Assembly (NCBI GenBank): GCA_948466185.1
Contig: CAOJZM010000002.1
Coordinates: 66,573-130,572 of the forward strand
Length of the DNA stretch: 64,000 nucleotides
Source: an uncultured Christensenella sp.
GTDB taxonomy: Bacteria > Bacillota > Clostridia > Christensenellales > UBA1242
Direction of reading: 5' to 3'
The number at the start of each line of letters is the position of its first letter. Positions within the stretch are counted from its first letter, which is position 1. The notes below the pieces were generated by a model, which was not told the DNA's origin, searched no databases, and saw only the letters and a program-made list of their open reading frames with translations. Position numbers and translations under genes: made by a program. This document shows, piece by piece, positions 1-9,963 of the stretch.

Positions 1-402
1 GCTGCACTTTTGCATGACACTTTAGAGGACACATTTACCTCTTATCGTGAACTTATAGATTGTTTTGGAGAAATGGTTGCAAGTATGGTTATTGAACTTA
101 CAACAGCGGACTATATGTGTGATCTTGTCGGCAAAGCAAATTACTTAAAAACTAGGATGTGCATAATGTCTCCGTATGCCTTTATGATAAAACTTTGTGA
201 CAGACTTGCAAACATTATGGATAGTAATAATTTATCGCGTTCAAGACGAATAAAACTCAAAAATGAAACGATAGAAATTCTTGCTTACCTTGAAGAGTAT
301 AAAACTTTAACACCTTCACAGCAAAATCTTATAGATAAAATAAAAGAAGAACTTCAATTTATGGATATCACCCATGAAATTGTGGGGGAAGAAGAGCATT
401 AA
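1..402 (+). CDS. HD-domain protein, Mesh1/small alarmone hydrolase-like (5' truncated by window edge)
   Basis: Frame is open from base 1 (AALLHDTLEDT); HD..ED and IKLCDRLAN motifs typical of the RelA/SpoT hydrolase (HD_4) family. Confidence 0.75.
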   Translation, partial: AALLHDTLEDTFTSYRELIDCFGEMVASMVIELTTADYMCDLVGKANYLKTRMCIMSPYAFMIKLCDRLANIMDSNNLSRSRRIKLKNETIEILAYLEEYKTLTPSQQNLIDKIKEELQFMDITHEIVGEEEH

Positions 403-526
403 AAATATGTGAAAAAGAATGACCAACATTCTTTTTTTTGTTGTGTTTTTATTCTGTGACAAGTTCTTGTAAAAAATAACATGTTATGTTATAATTAACT
501 ATATAATAACATTTTTAGGAGAAAAT

Positions 527-1687
527 ATGGCGGTATTAAGGAAAATGGGGAAAATATTGCCTCATAAACTTACATTCAGAATATCAAAAACTGGAGAGGC
601 AAGAAGTGGTGCAGAGTTATATAAAAGGCGTAACAGTCGCAGCTATCGTGGGTTGATGCAGTATGTAACATGGAATAAACTTATGACGGGGGAGATAACT
701 CCAAATATCTTAAGTCAATATGGCAATGGTTGTTTGGTTTGGCTAAGTCCAAAAGAGTATTTTGGGGATAACTATCCCGAGAGAGCGGACAAGTTAAATC
801 CAAAGTTTGTTTTAGGAAAAACTGGTTTTATTTATTATACAAGTATTGAAGAATACAGAAAGTTTCCTCCACTTGAAAATTGGAAGGAATTGTATGAATT
901 GGAAACTAAGGGGAAACGAGAGAATGACAATTCATGGGTAGGCGATTATTGTTTGAATATTAAAAATACCAGCCATAAGAAGATTTCTGAAATCTGTAAG
1001 GATTCTGAGGCAAAGAAATCAGATATAGATATAAATATGATATTGCAAAACTATGGCGTTGAACTTCCATCTAAAAAACTTCCTAAACAATGTGGCATAG
1101 GTAACTATGACTACGATTATGCAAATGAGGAAATGATTGAAAATGTAAAGCTTCAGATGTTATACATGGCGTTAGCATGTGAGGATTCAAATGGACAAAA
1201 TTTTAAAAGTTATTTAAAAAGCAATTATCAAAAATTATTGACGGAAGGTAAAGACGCAACGTTTGTAAAGAATATAAACTCTAATAATTATGATAAAATG
1301 TATGATGAGTTTTTCTTGGAACTTAAGCAGGAATGTGAGGAAAAAAGGCTATTAAATTTTGTAGAACTTCAGAAGGTGAATGCTTGGAACACAACTTTAA
1401 ATAGGCCAATTTGCCCATTGTGTGGTAAAACTATGACTTCAAATGATTTTTTTCAAGCCATTGAACAAGCGGAAGGAAGAAAGGTGCAAGATAATACACA
1501 ACGTGCCATTGTCCTTATGCATATAAATGCCTTGCGCTCGGGGCAGCTTAATCACAGGATTTATAATCTTGGGTGGGGACATAATTTTTGTAATGCAATT
1601 CAGGGTGATAAAAATATTGAGGACACCATAGCAGAGCTAAAGCGGGTTGTGGAGACTTTCGAAAAAAATACTGGACATATTGGTTAA
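527..1687 (+). CDS. Type II restriction endonuclease, BstXI-like (HNH-type)
   Basis: KTG...YKRRNSR N-terminal block, CPLC, and H-x-NALRSGQLNHRIYNLGWGHNFCN C-terminal block recalled from the RE_BstXI family; adjacent DNA MTase; AGGAG RBS. Confidence 0.75.
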   Translation: MAVLRKMGKILPHKLTFRISKTGEARSGAELYKRRNSRSYRGLMQYVTWNKLMTGEITPNILSQYGNGCLVWLSPKEYFGDNYPERADKLNPKFVLGKTGFIYYTSIEEYRKFPPLENWKELYELETKGKRENDNSWVGDYCLNIKNTSHKKISEICKDSEAKKSDIDINMILQNYGVELPSKKLPKQCGIGNYDYDYANEEMIENVKLQMLYMALACEDSNGQNFKSYLKSNYQKLLTEGKDATFVKNINSNNYDKMYDEFFLELKQECEEKRLLNFVELQKVNAWNTTLNRPICPLCGKTMTSNDFFQAIEQAEGRKVQDNTQRAIVLMHINALRSGQLNHRIYNLGWGHNFCNAIQGDKNIEDTIAELKRVVETFEKNTGHIG

Positions 1688-1711
1688 ATTTGAGGCAATA
1701 AAAAAGAGGAT

Positions 1712-3790
1712 TTATTCATCCTCTTTTTTTAAATTTTTATTTGCAAGATTATAATAATTCTCATTAATTTCGTAACCTATGCCAAGTTTGTTGTTTTGTT
1801 TGCACCATAAAAGTGTTGTTCCGCTGCCAAGGAATGGGTCCAGTAGATATTTGTCCTTTTGAAGATAGGGGCTTACTAAATTTACTAATTTTATAGGGTA
1901 TGGGGCGGTGTGATTATATATGTTTTCTCCTTTTGAGTTTATCTTAAACACCGGGTTTATTTCAGCAATATTTTTATGGTTACTTCCATGCCCGTTTTTA
2001 TTGAAAACAAATATATGTTCATAACAGTTTATACACTTTACATAACCGCTAAAAAGGTTTACTGTTGAATTTCTTTTGGATTGTACTTCGCCTTTGTCCC
2101 AAATAATATTTTCAACTAAATTAAATCCTATTATTTCAAATATCATGCAAGAAAGGAATCCTAATGGTAAACGTCTATTTGACATTTGAGAAGTTATGTA
2201 TATGTTGTCCTCGCCTACGATGTCGCCTATATTATATAGATAATTAGCGTTATCTGTTAATGTATTATACACTGCAGTAGCATTTATCATCATATCAATT
2301 AAATATAACAATAAGTTTTTCCACTGAGAATATTCTCGAGCGTTATAATATGGGGGTGATGTTATTGCCGTTCCGACTTGATTTGGCAAAAGCCGCTTTA
2401 TTTCAAGGGAGGAATTACCATAATTAATTGAAATTGTTGATCCTATCTTTTTTCTGCCTATTGTTTTATCTATAAGATTAAATATCTTGGTAAATAGTTG
2501 AACTATTGGAAGGTCAGAATATGTTTTTGAATATTTTTCTGGCAGAGTAAATTGTTCATCTTGTAATGAGAAAACATTTCGATTGTAGAGTATTCTGTCG
2601 TGGTCTATGATATTGTAGGTTAATATTTTTTCTTCGCCCCAAGTGTAATATTTTAATATCATTTCTAGCCAGTTTGCATTTTCATTAAAAATATCCCTTC
2701 TCCATAGGCCATATAATTCATTTGTTATTTTGTTATTATTGTTATTTTCTTCAAGTTTAAAATTTCGATATACGCTATATTCATCGAAGCGTTTGCCTCT
2801 TCCAGACTTGCTTCGGTCTTGACAATTTGGATTCAGGCATTCAAAACTTCTTAAAAACATTTCAGGATAGGAGTTTTTCGCTTGATGGGTTGACATGCAG
2901 GAAGGGCAAGGTACAGCAGTTTCATCATGGTAGATTTTTTTCAAAGTTACAATTATGGTGTTTTGATTTTTTTCAATGAAGCAATCTTCAAATTTATATC
3001 CTGTTGAAATTCCTTCGTAAAATTTTTCAGCGATATTAGCTGAAGGATTATTGGGGAATCGATTGTTTATAAAATCTTGTAAGACCTTGATTTGATTTTT
3101 CTTTTTAAAAGGATAGTATTTATTCTGATACTGTATAAAATTTTCTGCATAAAGGGTGGTTTGGTAAACAGTTTTCCATGTTATGTCATTGTTGTTTTTA
3201 TCAAATATTTGTCCATCAAACACAAGAAACATATAACGATAATTTTCAAGTTTATTGTAAAGAGAAGCAATTAAATTAAATATGTATTGATTGTTATAGT
3301 CATGATTTTTGAAATCTTCTTGATTTATTTTTAGGATAATTGAAGAGTAGTCAAACAATTTTTGACGTTTGCTTTCATAATATTTCATCCATTCATCTTT
3401 GAATGAAACTGTGGAAATATTATGATTTTGAATATTGATATACTTTTGCTTTATTGAATTAAGAATTTGATTAGAATCATATGTTTTTAGGCGTGCAATT
3501 ATATCTTTGCATACCATATCGATATCGTCAAGTGTATAGTTTATTGTTGGAAAAGATTGAATGTCATATGCTAATAATATCTCTTCATTGCCATAATAAA
3601 AATAATTTCTCAAAGCTTTTCTTTCTATGGTATTAAAAATTCTATTGTTGTTTTTTTGTTCGCGTTTATATATTGCAGTAAGTTGTTTATCAAAATATCT
3701 AGTAGTGTCAAAAAGTATTTTGGTCAGTAAGGAGTCTTCGATGTCAGTTTCAAGCATCTGTTTTATCTGGTTTAGATTCGTATTTGGCAT
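1712..3790 (-). CDS. DNA amino-methyltransferase (N4-C/N6-A, beta class) with long N-terminal extension
   Basis: Motif IV ITSPPYYN precedes motif I LLDPFLGSGTT; H-x-APYP; CPSC...CLNPNC Zn-like segment in the N-terminal half. Confidence 0.88.
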   Translation of the reverse strand: MPNTNLNQIKQMLETDIEDSLLTKILFDTTRYFDKQLTAIYKREQKNNNRIFNTIERKALRNYFYYGNEEILLAYDIQSFPTINYTLDDIDMVCKDIIARLKTYDSNQILNSIKQKYINIQNHNISTVSFKDEWMKYYESKRQKLFDYSSIILKINQEDFKNHDYNNQYIFNLIASLYNKLENYRYMFLVFDGQIFDKNNNDITWKTVYQTTLYAENFIQYQNKYYPFKKKNQIKVLQDFINNRFPNNPSANIAEKFYEGISTGYKFEDCFIEKNQNTIIVTLKKIYHDETAVPCPSCMSTHQAKNSYPEMFLRSFECLNPNCQDRSKSGRGKRFDEYSVYRNFKLEENNNNNKITNELYGLWRRDIFNENANWLEMILKYYTWGEEKILTYNIIDHDRILYNRNVFSLQDEQFTLPEKYSKTYSDLPIVQLFTKIFNLIDKTIGRKKIGSTISINYGNSSLEIKRLLPNQVGTAITSPPYYNAREYSQWKNLLLYLIDMMINATAVYNTLTDNANYLYNIGDIVGEDNIYITSQMSNRRLPLGFLSCMIFEIIGFNLVENIIWDKGEVQSKRNSTVNLFSGYVKCINCYEHIFVFNKNGHGSNHKNIAEINPVFKINSKGENIYNHTAPYPIKLVNLVSPYLQKDKYLLDPFLGSGTTLLWCKQNNKLGIGYEINENYYNLANKNLKKEDE

Positions 3791-3813
3791 TTTGACTCCT
3801 TTATAAACTAAAT

Positions 3814-3889
3814 TGGTGTTCCCGGGGCGATTCGAACGCCCGACCCTTCCTTAGGAGGGAAGTGCTCTATCCTGCTGAGCTACGGAAAC
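3814..3889 (-). tRNA. tRNA-Arg(CCT)
   Basis: Reverse complement GTTTCCGTAGCTCAGCAGGATAGAGCACTTCC-CTCCTAA-GGAAGGGTCGGGCGTTCGAATCGCCCCGGGAACACCA folds as a cloverleaf with encoded CCA. Confidence 0.96.
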
Positions 3890-4008
3890 ATAAAAATATC
3901 GCGAAAATATTTCGCTAATAAAGTATATCATATTATGATTAGAAATACAATTAATATTGTTGCTAATTTGATTTTTTTGTGTTAATATAAATTCATAGGA
4001 GGGCCAGC

Positions 4009-4392
4009 ATGTCAAAATTTTTTAAGATTTTGTTTAGAATTGGAACTTCGCAGGAAATGGCCAGACAGATTAAGTCTGATCCAGTAAAAAGAGAAAAAAG
4101 CATTAGGTTTGGGATTCTGTCGATTATATTGTCTATATTTGCATTTGCATGTTCTTGTTTGATGCTGTTATTTGGTTCAATTCAGGATTCAGCGTTACTT
4201 ATTTTCCTTATGATAATAATTATTGCTCTTGGCGTTGCAGGGCCCGTGATACTTTTGATTGATTCACTGATTTATTGTATTACCCAATTAACAATTAATA
4301 AAAAATGGGTTACTTGGCTTGCAGTTGTTGTACTTGTGTTGGCATTTGCTGGAAGTATCTTTATGATATTGCATGGATTTAATACTATTTAA
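4009..4392 (+). CDS. Small membrane protein (about 3 TM helices), unknown function
   Basis: AGGAGG RBS; three long hydrophobic stretches. Confidence 0.7.
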   Translation: MSKFFKILFRIGTSQEMARQIKSDPVKREKSIRFGILSIILSIFAFACSCLMLLFGSIQDSALLIFLMIIIIALGVAGPVILLIDSLIYCITQLTINKKWVTWLAVVVLVLAFAGSIFMILHGFNTI

Positions 4393-4418
4393 AAAAGAAC
4401 GGGGCTCCGTTCTTTTTT
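4391..4418. terminator. Bidirectional intrinsic terminator
   Basis: AAAAAAGAACGG-GGCT-CCGTTCTTTTTT between convergent genes. Confidence 0.8.
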
Positions 4419-4419
4419 A

Positions 4420-7400
4420 TTATTTTTGCCAACATGCGTACAGGGTTACGTCGCCAGTGACAGTGTAGGCTGTGATGCCGCTGCCGCCAGTTGTTCCATT
4501 TTCCCAAGCAGAAGTACCCCAAGATGTCGCGGTAAATGTCTTTTTATCAAATCCAAAGTCTGTGAGGTATCCTTTCATGGTAGGGCGGTATTTTGCTTGA
4601 GTAAGGTCAAGTGTTGTTCCGTCAAGAATCCATTCTGCCTCTGGTGTGAAGGATGCTTCTGAAGCCCAATGTCCATTAGGGTAAACAAGACTCCCAGCTT
4701 GACTATTGGTTCTATATTGACGGGTGTCAAAGGTGACAAGGTAATAGTTTTTAAAATCTTCATATACATTTGAAATTAAACTTAAATCATGGTTTGCCAT
4801 TGTTGTATAGGTATATTTTACTCCATTATCAGTATAACCGTCAAAGGTGTAATACATTCTTTTATACAGATGCCCGTCTTTATAGGTATCAAATTCATAA
4901 GCGTTTTGTTCTGGTAAAGTAAATGACTGATCTTGGTACAATTCAAGTGTCACTGTGTGAGATGTATGCGTAAATTTGCCATCTGCAAGCATTTCTTTTG
5001 TATAATAAGTGTAGGTTAAATTGTACTTATTACGGATATAAAGGGTAAGGTCGCTATTTGGCATAGTATCCGGCAGGTTGACCTGACAGGTATAATCTGA
5101 ATCCAAATACCATTGTGTATTTTCGTTCACTTTTATTGTGGAAGGTAGTGTAATCTTGCCATCTGGCTCAATTCGAGTTGTATAAACTTCATTGTTTGCA
5201 TCAATAATCTTTAAAACTCTTTCATGTGTAATTTTAATTATATTCCATTTTGCATATATTGTTTGATTATGCTCTGGCATTATATCATTAAAAGGAGAAT
5301 TAAATTCTGGATCCAAAAACCAGCCAGCAAAACTATAAGTCGTTGATACCCCGTTTTTATTTATTATGAAATCGCTGGTGTCGTAATCGGCTGTAATATT
5401 TGCGGTGCTGTAAGAGTTGTAAACTTCAACTGAGTCTTTTTTTGCCCCTACGCCGGTATCAAAGGAAAGGGTGTATTTTGTTACTGTGTTGACAGCTTCA
5501 AATTTTGCATAAAGTTTATCACTATAGGTTGGAATATAAGTTATTGAATAGCCATCTTCATCAAACCAGCCAGCAAACTCCATTGTAATCTTTTGATTGT
5601 TAACTTCGACATCATAGGTCTTATCAAAGTTGACATCTTTTAACTTTGTTCCAACACGAGCATACTGAGAGTCAATTTTTATATTATTAACATAAAACTC
5701 AACGGTGCGGTAGCTTTCTATGCAGTCCCACTTGGCGTATATAGTTATATCCTTGTTCGTTATAACTCCTTCTTTATATTCAGTTCCTTTTGTGAACTTG
5801 GAAGAGGTGTACCATCCGACAAATTGAAGGACGTCTTTATCAGTTACTGTTGACTGTTCGAAAGTGGAGTAAGTTGGCAGGGTGAATGTTGTTCCAGTCT
5901 TTCCTGTGACACTTGGTATTGATTCTTGAGTATTTGTGACGAAGGTTACGGTAAACTCGCGTTCTTTTGATTGTTTCCATTCACCATTATAGGCGTCCAT
6001 TTCTACATTTTCGTTATATTCATAGGTATTTATATATTGATGTAAGCCCTCAAAATCAATAGTTTCACCTATATTGATAAGAGAGAGGTCTTCTGAATTC
6101 ATATCCAGTTGTATACCTGAAGCAAGAGGCATATTCATATTGAAGGTGATTAGACCGATATAATTTTTATTGCCAGTGCTTTGATTGTTTATTAGACCAA
6201 GGCCTATAGACATAGTCCCCATTTTAGAATCGCCGGTCAGTTCTTCCATGTTAAGTTCAATGGTGTATTTTTCATTATTGTTGACTGAAAAACTTTTAAT
6301 TACATTCCCAAGGTCAACATCGTGTTCTTTTGAAAGCGTCTCACGTATAGCGTTGATTATGCTGTCACTAAATCCTAATCCATATTGGACATAATAAAGT
6401 ACATCAGAGAAAACTGTATCAACATCTGCCTTTAACTTCTTTTCATAGATACGGTTTGAAGAGGCAAAAACGGGCACTTCTTCATGGCGATAGAAATAAA
6501 CATAATTGTCTTTGTAATATATGGTAAGGATACGATTTAAGCCGGCATAAATGCCGCTTGTTGTATTGCCAAATTTGTAAGGAACGTCATCATTTACGCC
6601 CGGCACAACAGGAATGCTGGAGCCTTTTGTTCCTAACACAATCATAATTTCTGGTTTTCCATCAATAAGTTTAAGTTTGATATTAACAGGTATATTCCAG
6701 TCAATATTAATGCCGACAACTTCCATTTTAAGTTTTAATGACCCGCTGATTTCAAAGTCTTGAATTTCAGCTGTGTTGATCATTGCTTTAATAAGCTCAT
6801 TGGCCCCTGAAATATCAACGTAATTTTTGCTTGTGTCGGGGGTGGTAACGCCGTTGAACTTTGCAAAGTCTATATGAAGATTAAAATGCTCTTCATTTGA
6901 AACTCCAGTATATAAATTTTTAATGTCAAGAGAGACAAGCTTGTTGCCATCGGTTACAAGTGTGATCGGCATGTTTTCAGCCCTTTCATTTGAAGAAATC
7001 TTGCTTCCATCCAGAATTATTTCAAGAGTATTACCACTTACTGAAATGGATTTAAATAATTCAATTATAGACAGTGAATTACCATTGATATTATTCAAGC
7101 CAGAGGCTTTGAGACTGTTAATGTCAAAATCATTACCATTTGCGATATCTTGCAAGAATGGAAGTATGCTTGGATCTATTCCAATCATTTTCATAATGAT
7201 GACAAGGATTTCGTTTAAGTCGTTAGTGTTCATCTTGAGTTTTAATCCGTTGTAATCTACGTAGAGGAAATCTTCATAAACGCTTGCCTCTGCGTCCATT
7301 TCCATTTTGCCAGTCATTTTGAAATTGCCATAGAATTGTAATTTATTTGTAAGGTCAACTTGAAGTCCGACAGTTGCATTATATGTTATATCTTTTTGTT

Positions 7401-9951
7401 CAAAGACCTGTGCATTTGCAATAAAGTTATATTGTTTTGTTTCGATATAATTTTTTATTATCTTAACAAAAGGTAAAAGTTCAGATATATTAAAGTAATC
7501 TCCGCTTAATTCAATGCTTGAAGGATAATCGTTTAGAGTAAGTTCGCAATTTAAATCCTTTGTGGTAATAGTTATTCCATTAACTTTATCTTGAGCGTAA
7601 CTTACTGATGCACTAAAGTTTGTCAGAGTAAGCTCAAGAGCCGAGTCAGTTAATTTAATATTAAAATCCTTTAATAGTTGTTTGAAGTCGATATTTGATG
7701 CTGAATTTTGTATTTCTCCAAACTTTCCTATTAAGCCATTAAGCATTTCTGATAAATCAATGCCAAATTCTTCTTTAATAAAGTTTGTCACTGTGTCGAT
7801 ATCTGAAATAGCAAAACTTAACTTAAGATTTGCAAGTTCAATAAATAGGGTGTCATTAAGGAATTTAACTTGAATTTTCATTCCGTCGATTTTGGTTTCT
7901 GCAAAAATGGAAATTCCAGATTTGTCATAATTGATAGAACCCACAACTTGATATTTATCGTAATTTAGATTAATACTTGCATAGACTGTTTGATTTTCGA
8001 TAAGGTTCAACACAGAAGATGCAATATTTAAAACTTTTGTGACAGATTGATATTGTGTGGTGTCGATTGTTGGAAGTGTTATGTTTTCAGTGTCAGCGTT
8101 TAAATCAAGTGAGGCACTGAAGCCATTTATATTTAAACTAAGTCCATTAAGATATTCATCATAGGTTATTGTCAGCAAGGAATCGTTGTAAAGAAGAATT
8201 GAAATGCCTCCATCAATTTCTTCAAGTTTTTTGATGAACAGAGGGTTCAGATTTTTATCTAGAAGGATTTTAATTTGCTCTATCAGTTCATCCATATTAA
8301 ATTCTTGGAAAGTTATATTAAATGAGCGTGAGAGGAAATCTTTAATAGAGTCAATGTCGTCAAGACTTGCATAAAGTTTTAAATCTTTAAAGCTTAAATA
8401 TACCGAATTGTTGATGATGTCAATGCTGAACTTTTCTTGATATATATAGGTTTCAAGGTGAGCATTAAAACCTTCTTTATTAATTACTGTAAAGTAGAGG
8501 TCAAGCTTTTCATTTTCATTTAAGTTTAGGGTTGCCTTGCCCGTAAATCCTTCAAGTCTACTTGTATTTATTGCCGCATTTATTGTAGGGATTATTCTCG
8601 CAAGATCTATATATGTTTCAGCGTTTGAAGACAACATGTAATCTTGTGGCTGGGTGACAGTCAAGGCTGCACTAACTCCAAAACCTTCAAAACCTATCGT
8701 AGAAAGATTAGTATTGTTAATTCCAAAACTTATCATGCCGATGTCTCTGAGGGTAAGGATATAATTATTTCCATGTTTATTAAACTCTTGAATAATACTT
8801 AAATCAATTTCAGAAGGATTTGTACTGTCTTGTTTATTATTCCCAAAGTCGATTTCGGAAATAACATCAAAGAGGTTGTTATTTTTAAGTGCATCAAGGA
8901 TGGCAACTATTTGCTCGACAGGAACATCTAAACTAAATTGATTTTTTAAAAGATTAGAGATTAAATTGACATCGCTTAGTGCAAATTTTAGGTATATATT
9001 GCCAAATTCAAAGTATATGACATTATCCTTAGCAATAAAACTGAAAGGGGTATCCATAACTTCAGTTTCAAACTTTGCTGACATATCAGTAAGGTTTGCA
9101 CTGAAATTTCCATTGAGTTGCAAATTTTTATATGCAAGGTCTAAGTCAAAGGATATTTTATCCTGATCAATGTAGTTAAGTACTGCTCCTGCAACGCTGA
9201 AAAGATTGCTTGCGTCAATAAATTCTGATGATTCAGGCTCTTCAACTTCAACAACGTCTGGGTAGGATAGGGTGGAGGAGAGGGCTATACTTGTGCCCTC
9301 GGAAATGGTTGTTTTTGGAAGCAGCAACTCTTTAACGCTGTAGTTAAGGTCACATATAAGTTGTATTTGACCAACAACAGGAACCTTGATATTAAGGGTA
9401 ATGGTGTCTTCTCCCTTGGTTTCAGTCAGGTCAGACAACATTCCAAGAATCGTATTAGGGTCAAGGGAAGAAAGGTCAAAACCAAGGTCAGGGATTTCAA
9501 TTTTAAGTATTGATAAAATTTGATTTAAAGACTGCCCTATGTTATTGGTTTCAATTTTAAATTTTCCATTTAAAACTTCGATATATGCCGTTCCATTAGT
9601 ATAGCTAAACAAAATATCAAAACTTTGCTCTTCTAATACAACGGTAAGTGCGCCTTCAGTTGAAAGATTTTCAAGCCCAGAGTCAAGGTCAAGCCTTGCG
9701 TCAAGTATAATATCAAAAGCACTTGTTGGAGTTTCAACATTCACATCTAGGTTCACATCAAGGGCTTTGACAAGTGTTAAACTGTCAAATATGTGGGAAA
9801 TTTGTGGAGCTATATATATTTCTTCATTTCCTCCATCGGGTTTAGCATCATTTGATAAAAAGATTATGCCTACCGCTGTGCCAAGGGTGATAAAGATATA
9901 GACTAAAGCATAGCCGATAATTTTGCTGATTTTTTTAATAGCTTTTTTCAT
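4420..9951 (-). CDS. Giant membrane-anchored surface protein: N-terminal TM, about six ~200-aa beta-rich repeats, C-terminal InlB B-repeat (Flg_new)-like domains
   Basis: N-terminal basic + hydrophobic anchor; repeated N-x-(I/V/L)Y-x-x-F-x-N/D-LKL..D motif; C-terminal repeats with FxGWY/F...TIYAKW typical of Listeria-Bacteroides repeats. Confidence 0.75.
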   Translation of the reverse strand: MKKAIKKISKIIGYALVYIFITLGTAVGIIFLSNDAKPDGGNEEIYIAPQISHIFDSLTLVKALDVNLDVNVETPTSAFDIILDARLDLDSGLENLSTEGALTVVLEEQSFDILFSYTNGTAYIEVLNGKFKIETNNIGQSLNQILSILKIEIPDLGFDLSSLDPNTILGMLSDLTETKGEDTITLNIKVPVVGQIQLICDLNYSVKELLLPKTTISEGTSIALSSTLSYPDVVEVEEPESSEFIDASNLFSVAGAVLNYIDQDKISFDLDLAYKNLQLNGNFSANLTDMSAKFETEVMDTPFSFIAKDNVIYFEFGNIYLKFALSDVNLISNLLKNQFSLDVPVEQIVAILDALKNNNLFDVISEIDFGNNKQDSTNPSEIDLSIIQEFNKHGNNYILTLRDIGMISFGINNTNLSTIGFEGFGVSAALTVTQPQDYMLSSNAETYIDLARIIPTINAAINTSRLEGFTGKATLNLNENEKLDLYFTVINKEGFNAHLETYIYQEKFSIDIINNSVYLSFKDLKLYASLDDIDSIKDFLSRSFNITFQEFNMDELIEQIKILLDKNLNPLFIKKLEEIDGGISILLYNDSLLTITYDEYLNGLSLNINGFSASLDLNADTENITLPTIDTTQYQSVTKVLNIASSVLNLIENQTVYASINLNYDKYQVVGSINYDKSGISIFAETKIDGMKIQVKFLNDTLFIELANLKLSFAISDIDTVTNFIKEEFGIDLSEMLNGLIGKFGEIQNSASNIDFKQLLKDFNIKLTDSALELTLTNFSASVSYAQDKVNGITITTKDLNCELTLNDYPSSIELSGDYFNISELLPFVKIIKNYIETKQYNFIANAQVFEQKDITYNATVGLQVDLTNKLQFYGNFKMTGKMEMDAEASVYEDFLYVDYNGLKLKMNTNDLNEILVIIMKMIGIDPSILPFLQDIANGNDFDINSLKASGLNNINGNSLSIIELFKSISVSGNTLEIILDGSKISSNERAENMPITLVTDGNKLVSLDIKNLYTGVSNEEHFNLHIDFAKFNGVTTPDTSKNYVDISGANELIKAMINTAEIQDFEISGSLKLKMEVVGINIDWNIPVNIKLKLIDGKPEIMIVLGTKGSSIPVVPGVNDDVPYKFGNTTSGIYAGLNRILTIYYKDNYVYFYRHEEVPVFASSNRIYEKKLKADVDTVFSDVLYYVQYGLGFSDSIINAIRETLSKEHDVDLGNVIKSFSVNNNEKYTIELNMEELTGDSKMGTMSIGLGLINNQSTGNKNYIGLITFNMNMPLASGIQLDMNSEDLSLINIGETIDFEGLHQYINTYEYNENVEMDAYNGEWKQSKEREFTVTFVTNTQESIPSVTGKTGTTFTLPTYSTFEQSTVTDKDVLQFVGWYTSSKFTKGTEYKEGVITNKDITIYAKWDCIESYRTVEFYVNNIKIDSQYARVGTKLKDVNFDKTYDVEVNNQKITMEFAGWFDEDGYSITYIPTYSDKLYAKFEAVNTVTKYTLSFDTGVGAKKDSVEVYNSYSTANITADYDTSDFIINKNGVSTTYSFAGWFLDPEFNSPFNDIMPEHNQTIYAKWNIIKITHERVLKIIDANNEVYTTRIEPDGKITLPSTIKVNENTQWYLDSDYTCQVNLPDTMPNSDLTLYIRNKYNLTYTYYTKEMLADGKFTHTSHTVTLELYQDQSFTLPEQNAYEFDTYKDGHLYKRMYYTFDGYTDNGVKYTYTTMANHDLSLISNVYEDFKNYYLVTFDTRQYRTNSQAGSLVYPNGHWASEASFTPEAEWILDGTTLDLTQAKYRPTMKGYLTDFGFDKKTFTATSWGTSAWENGTTGGSGITAYTVTGDVTLYACWQK

Positions 9952-9963
9952 ATCTTCCTCCTT

